Below are positions 26,362-30,659 of a stretch of 30,659 nucleotides of DNA, in pieces; position 1 is the first letter of the stretch, and each line of letters opens with the position of its first letter. The notes under the pieces are model-generated. The model was not told the DNA's origin. It saw nothing but the letters and a program-made list of their open reading frames with translations, and did no database searches. Origin of the DNA: an uncultured Desulfobulbia bacterium (GTDB taxonomy: Bacteria > Desulfobacterota > Desulfobulbia > Desulfobulbales > BM004); assembly GCA_964460745.1 (NCBI GenBank), contig CAYWUR010000001.1, forward strand, positions 1-30,659, written 5' to 3'. Both the position numbers and the translations under genes were made by a program.

Positions 26362-26570
26362 GTTAGTTTAATTATTATATAGATTTGCCCCGTTACTTGA
26401 CAATAAACGCCTACGGTTTCGATATCTGCCCTTGTATATCAGTGCCTAAGGTGGAATAAACATTGCCAACAATTTGTGCGGCGGAGACTTTTGCGCAAAT
26501 TATGTCGGCAATATAACCAAATGGTGGGGGCAACCCCACTTCAAACAACAAAACAGGACTGTCTCCAAAA

Positions 26571-29500
26571 ATGCGAAAAAAATCTGCCGCCCGACTACTG
26601 TCATGCCTTCTCCTCTTTATTTGTTCCCCGTTAACCGTTAATGCCGCCCGGCCGCCGGCCGACCTCTCCTGCATATTAAAGGTCAAGGCCTACTATATTC
26701 ATAAAAAATTCCGTGCCCAGAACCCTACATTTACGAGCTTTACTTTCGATGAAGAAAAGGGCGCGCAAGTCACCTGTAAAGCGGTCACAAGCCGGAGCTG
26801 GTACGAAGTCAGCCATTTAAGCGCGCCGCATTTATGGTACCGCGACTCAAGGGGCAAATGGACGGATCAACTGCCTGCATGCCCTCACTGGTCTTATTTA
26901 TATTCAGTATGGCGACCGGAGGACATGGAATACTATGACAACCTGCCTTACCCTGAATTTGATGCAAGGGAATACCGAACACGCAAGCCGTACCAGCTGC
27001 CGCCGGAACTGGTAGAATCTTTATGCGCCCAGTGGAATCAGGCCGGCAAAAAGGCAAACCCCGACACCGGCAGAAAATACTGCCTGAATCATCAAAAAAT
27101 AGGCTCATCCGTCAATGTCGCCAATGGCAATCTTTTCGATGCCTACCAGGTTTCACCTGATCCGAATTTTCCCATTACCATAAACTATAACAGCCGCTCC
27201 CGCCGGACGGGCCGTTTCGGATACGGCTGGAACGACAGTTACGATATCCGTATTCTGCCGGGTCTGGCCGGCGCGGTCATTCTAATCGATGCCGACGGTC
27301 GGGAAGAAGAATTCCAACCCGGCACGGACGGCACATTCGCCGCGCCGCCGGGCAACCACGATATCCTAGCAACGGACAGCACGGGAACATACCGGCTCAG
27401 TCGCAAGAACGGCATGGTTGTCACCTTTAACCAGGAGGGCCGCCCCACATCGGTCGCCGACCCAAACGGCAATACCACGAGCTACAATTATGACGGCGAA
27501 ATATTATCCGGCATCACCGGCCCGGCCGGGCAAATTTTAACATTTACGGCAGACGGCAACGGCCTGCTTACAGGCATCACCGATTCTGCCGGCCGATCTT
27601 CGTTGTTCAGCTATGATGCAGAGGGGAATTTAACCATGGTTACCAACCCGGCGGGCGACAGCCGGATGTTTTCGTATGACGCCGATCATAACCTTATCCG
27701 CAAAACCGATACACTGGGCCGGACAACCGATTACGCCTATGACGATCAGGACCGGGTGCTGAGATCCCTTGCCGCCGACGGCAAGACGCACCAAGTTGAA
27801 TACAACGCGCCCGGCACGACAACCGTTTCCGACACCGCCGACCGGCAGACCGTTTTCATACATGACGATTCAGGCAGAGTAACGGAAAAAATCGATGCGC
27901 AAAACAATATGACCGAGTATGGCTGGGATGCCGACATGAACCTGACGAGCATAAAGGATGCCGGCGGTACACGGTCATACGAGTTTGACAACGTCGGCAA
28001 CCTACTCTCTAAAACCGACCAGGACGGCAACACAACAACATACACCTACGACTCCCGGGGCAACCTGCTTTCCATCACCGACCCGGAAGGCCGCAGCCTC
28101 GGTTTCACTTACGATCAGCAGGGCAATCTGCTTTCCGTCAGGGATGCCGCCGGCAACGTCACCCGATACCAATATAACGCGCGTGGCAGAATAACCGGCA
28201 AAATCGACCCGACCGGCCGAAACTGGTCCTATGCCTATGATGAGTCCGGCAATATTATTAAAATTACCGGCCCGACCGGCGCGGCGATCAACTTAACTTA
28301 TGATGCGGCCGGCAACCTTAATTCCCTGGCCGACCCCAACGGCAAGGTTTCGTCTTTTGAACACGATATCCTCAACCGGCTGACGAGCATTACGGATCCG
28401 CTGGGCAATCAAACCGTTTTTACTTACGATGCCATGGGTAACCGATTGTCTGCTACCGATGCCGACGGTAACACGACAACCTTTGCATACGATTACCAAA
28501 ACCGCGTTGTCGGAATTGTCGACGCCTTGGGGCGGACGACATCCTTCGCTTATAGCGCGGCCGGCTGCTCCGCCTGCGGTGATAACGGCGACGGCAGGCC
28601 CGCGACCGTTACCGATGCCAACGGCCGGACGACAACATTCGAATACGATGCGCTCGGCAGGCTGTCAAAGGAAGCACGACCATCGGCAAATGAAAACTCT
28701 TATCAATATGACGCGACCGGCAATTTGCTTGCCATGACGGACGGCAAAGGGCAAATCACCCGCTACCGTTACGATAATCTGGGACGGCTGCTGGAAAAAA
28801 CCTATCCTGACGGAACCGCGACTTTTTTCACCTATGACGCGAGTAACAACATAATAACCGCCGGCAATCAGTATATCTCGTATCGCATGGCCTACGACCT
28901 TCTGGACCGGCTGACGGAAATCTCCGATTCAAACGGCATGAAGACTGTCTATGAATACGACGCGCTGGGCAACAGAACACGAATGATCACGCCGGCAGGC
29001 GGCGTCGTGACATACGCCTATGACCTTGATAACCGCCCGGCCCGGATAGATTCTTGGGCGGGAAGCATCGGCTTCGCCTATGATGCCGCGGGCCGCAGAA
29101 CCGCCCTTTCTCTGCCCAACGGGATAACCACGTCATATGCCTACGATAACGCGGGACGGCTGCTACATTTGCAAGGCGTCAACCGCAAAGGCAGGTTGGT
29201 GAATTTCTTTTCCTATACGCACGACAAGACCGGGAACCGCCTGACAAACGCCGCCGACAATTGGCAGAAAAGCTACAACTACGACAACGCCTACCAAATC
29301 CTCGGCGCGGCGCTGACCAGGAACCATAAAAACGGCAAATACGGTGGCAAAAAGCACGAAAAACATGAGAGTCATCACGCCAAAGATAAAAATAAGCGCG
29401 AGGGAAACGGCAGGCATGCGCATCATGGAAAGCTGCGTGCCTTTTCTTACGACCCGGCGGGAAACCGGATGAACGGTCCGCAAGATAAAGATGTATATCT

Positions 29501-30587
29501 TTACAATGAAGAGAACCAGCTCACCTACGACCGGCGGCACTATTACCAGTATGACGAAAACGGCAATCTTGTCCGGAAGATAAGGCTGGACGAAGATGGC
29601 GAGATAAGGCATGAAACGACTTATGGGTATGATTACGAAAACCGCTTGACTAAAATTACCAAAAACGGCCATGATGAATCGACAACCGTTGGTTTCAAGT
29701 ATGATCCATTCGGCCGACGGATTGAAAAAATGGTCGAGAAATACGGCGACGGGAAGATCAAGGTAAATATTTTCACATACGTATATGACAACGAAGATAT
29801 TATCCTTGAAATACGGACCAAACCGCACGGCGGTAAGGAAAAGACGCAAAAAATCAGCTACCTGCATGGACCCGGCCTCGATGAACCCCTAGCGATTGAG
29901 GAGAAGGGCCGCATTTATTTTTACCACGCCGACGGCCTGGGGAGCATAGTCGCCCTGAGCGATAAAAAGGGACATACCGTCCAGACTTACGATTACAGCC
30001 CCTTCGGCACCTTGAAACGCCACGGCAACAAAATAAAAAACCATTACACCTTCACCGGCCGTGAATGGGACAGGGAAACCGGTCTCTATTATTACCGGGC
30101 CAGATATTACGACCCGAAAACCGGCAGATTTATCACCGAGGACCCGCTTGGCTTTGCAAGCGGCACCACAAACCTGTATAGTTACGTCGGTAATAATCCG
30201 CTTAATTGGGTGGATCCGTGGGGACTTAGTTGGAGATCTGTTGTTTTGGGGGGCACGAGTACGGCACTGAACACGGCTGCACTTGCTACTGTTTGGAATC
30301 CTCCATTAGCAGCAACGTTTAAAACATTGGGAGGTGCTGCCACATTGCTCACTCTCGGTAATGCATACTATGAGTATAAAACAGGTCAAATATCCAAAAA
30401 TAATTTGGCATTAACTGCTTTAGAAACTGCTGGCCAATTAATAGGCGGAAAACTTACTTCTAAAGCCTTTGGCGTTGCAGGTGAAGCTTTCTTTAATGGT
30501 ATTGCAAGAACAAGTGACGTTTTCGGTACAGCCTTGGATGCTATACAAACCTTTGCCCCTACTCCAGGAGGAGGGACTTGTAAATGA
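26571..30587 (+). CDS. RHS/YD-repeat polymorphic toxin with Sec-type signal peptide, DUF6531-like domain, RHS core and C-terminal toxin domain
   Basis: Signal peptide MRKKSAARLLSCLLLFICSPLTVNA; SVNVANGNLF...YNSR...FGYGW (DUF6531-like); many YD..GN/GR repeats; RHS core FTGREWDRETGLYYYRARYYDP..GRFITEDPLG...NLYSYVGNNPLNWVDPWG. Confidence 0.93.
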   Translation: MRKKSAARLLSCLLLFICSPLTVNAARPPADLSCILKVKAYYIHKKFRAQNPTFTSFTFDEEKGAQVTCKAVTSRSWYEVSHLSAPHLWYRDSRGKWTDQLPACPHWSYLYSVWRPEDMEYYDNLPYPEFDAREYRTRKPYQLPPELVESLCAQWNQAGKKANPDTGRKYCLNHQKIGSSVNVANGNLFDAYQVSPDPNFPITINYNSRSRRTGRFGYGWNDSYDIRILPGLAGAVILIDADGREEEFQPGTDGTFAAPPGNHDILATDSTGTYRLSRKNGMVVTFNQEGRPTSVADPNGNTTSYNYDGEILSGITGPAGQILTFTADGNGLLTGITDSAGRSSLFSYDAEGNLTMVTNPAGDSRMFSYDADHNLIRKTDTLGRTTDYAYDDQDRVLRSLAADGKTHQVEYNAPGTTTVSDTADRQTVFIHDDSGRVTEKIDAQNNMTEYGWDADMNLTSIKDAGGTRSYEFDNVGNLLSKTDQDGNTTTYTYDSRGNLLSITDPEGRSLGFTYDQQGNLLSVRDAAGNVTRYQYNARGRITGKIDPTGRNWSYAYDESGNIIKITGPTGAAINLTYDAAGNLNSLADPNGKVSSFEHDILNRLTSITDPLGNQTVFTYDAMGNRLSATDADGNTTTFAYDYQNRVVGIVDALGRTTSFAYSAAGCSACGDNGDGRPATVTDANGRTTTFEYDALGRLSKEARPSANENSYQYDATGNLLAMTDGKGQITRYRYDNLGRLLEKTYPDGTATFFTYDASNNIITAGNQYISYRMAYDLLDRLTEISDSNGMKTVYEYDALGNRTRMITPAGGVVTYAYDLDNRPARIDSWAGSIGFAYDAAGRRTALSLPNGITTSYAYDNAGRLLHLQGVNRKGRLVNFFSYTHDKTGNRLTNAADNWQKSYNYDNAYQILGAALTRNHKNGKYGGKKHEKHESHHAKDKNKREGNGRHAHHGKLRAFSYDPAGNRMNGPQDKDVYLYNEENQLTYDRRHYYQYDENGNLVRKIRLDEDGEIRHETTYGYDYENRLTKITKNGHDESTTVGFKYDPFGRRIEKMVEKYGDGKIKVNIFTYVYDNEDIILEIRTKPHGGKEKTQKISYLHGPGLDEPLAIEEKGRIYFYHADGLGSIVALSDKKGHTVQTYDYSPFGTLKRHGNKIKNHYTFTGREWDRETGLYYYRARYYDPKTGRFITEDPLGFASGTTNLYSYVGNNPLNWVDPWGLSWRSVVLGGTSTALNTAALATVWNPPLAATFKTLGGAATLLTLGNAYYEYKTGQISKNNLALTALETAGQLIGGKLTSKAFGVAGEAFFNGIARTSDVFGTALDAIQTFAPTPGGGTCK

Positions 30588-30659
30588 AATTAGGACTTTC
30601 AGGAGAAGCATTCGGGAATTTGCTTGTAGTCGGAGGCCTTATTGGACTGATAATCTGTG
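30584..30659 (+). CDS. 5-prime fragment of a candidate immunity protein (truncated by window end)
   Basis: ATG overlaps the RHS stop codon (ATGA, 30584-30587); RBS AGGAGG at 30566-30571; open to the window end, reading MKLGLSGEAFGNLLVVGGLIGLIIC. Confidence 0.65.
   Translation, partial: MKLGLSGEAFGNLLVVGGLIGLIIC

Noticed and set aside
26397-26425. TTGACA as the -35 of the RHS promoter
   Set aside because: No acceptable -10 hexamer at 16-18 nt spacing.
27480-29300. Periodic sequence that might be a CRISPR array or DNA tandem repeat
   Set aside because: The periodicity is at protein level (YD repeats); there are no identical DNA repeats separated by unique spacers.
29163-29867. 234-aa antisense ORF within the RHS gene, and the many other overlapping ORFs in the track
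   Set aside because: Shadow ORFs opposite well-supported genes in GC-rich DNA, with no motifs of their own.

Overview
A ~30.7 kb bacterial window, most likely from a Desulfobacterota (deltaproteobacterial) anaerobe; the taxon is inferred from gene content only. Left part (335-10811): a one-carbon/folate/SAM neighbourhood with a RACo-type corrinoid activator, PilZ protein, AcsE-type methyltransferase, stand-alone HsdR-N-like protein, class II DAHP synthase, purF, a MetF-MetV fusion, a SAM methyltransferase and a DUF62 SAM hydrolase. The first 3.1 kb hold three miniature non-coding elements with GTAA ends typical of IS66: two copies of one family, one complete with a perfect 8-bp target duplication, plus a 110-bp hairpin element that supplies a stop codon. 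Middle: a chemoreceptor with a periplasmic CxxCH heme-c motif, the cdaA-cdaR-glmM operon, a DUF748 protein, and recB-recD with no adjacent recC. Right end: DUF4234 and DUF72 genes, then an RHS/YD-repeat polymorphic toxin with a Sec-type signal peptide, a His/Lys-rich insertion, a low-GC hydrophobic C-terminal domain I cannot assign, and a translationally coupled hydrophobic ORF (candidate immunity gene) cut by the window end. I saw no rRNA, tRNA, CRISPR array or transposase gene. All family assignments come from motif recognition; no database searches were run.
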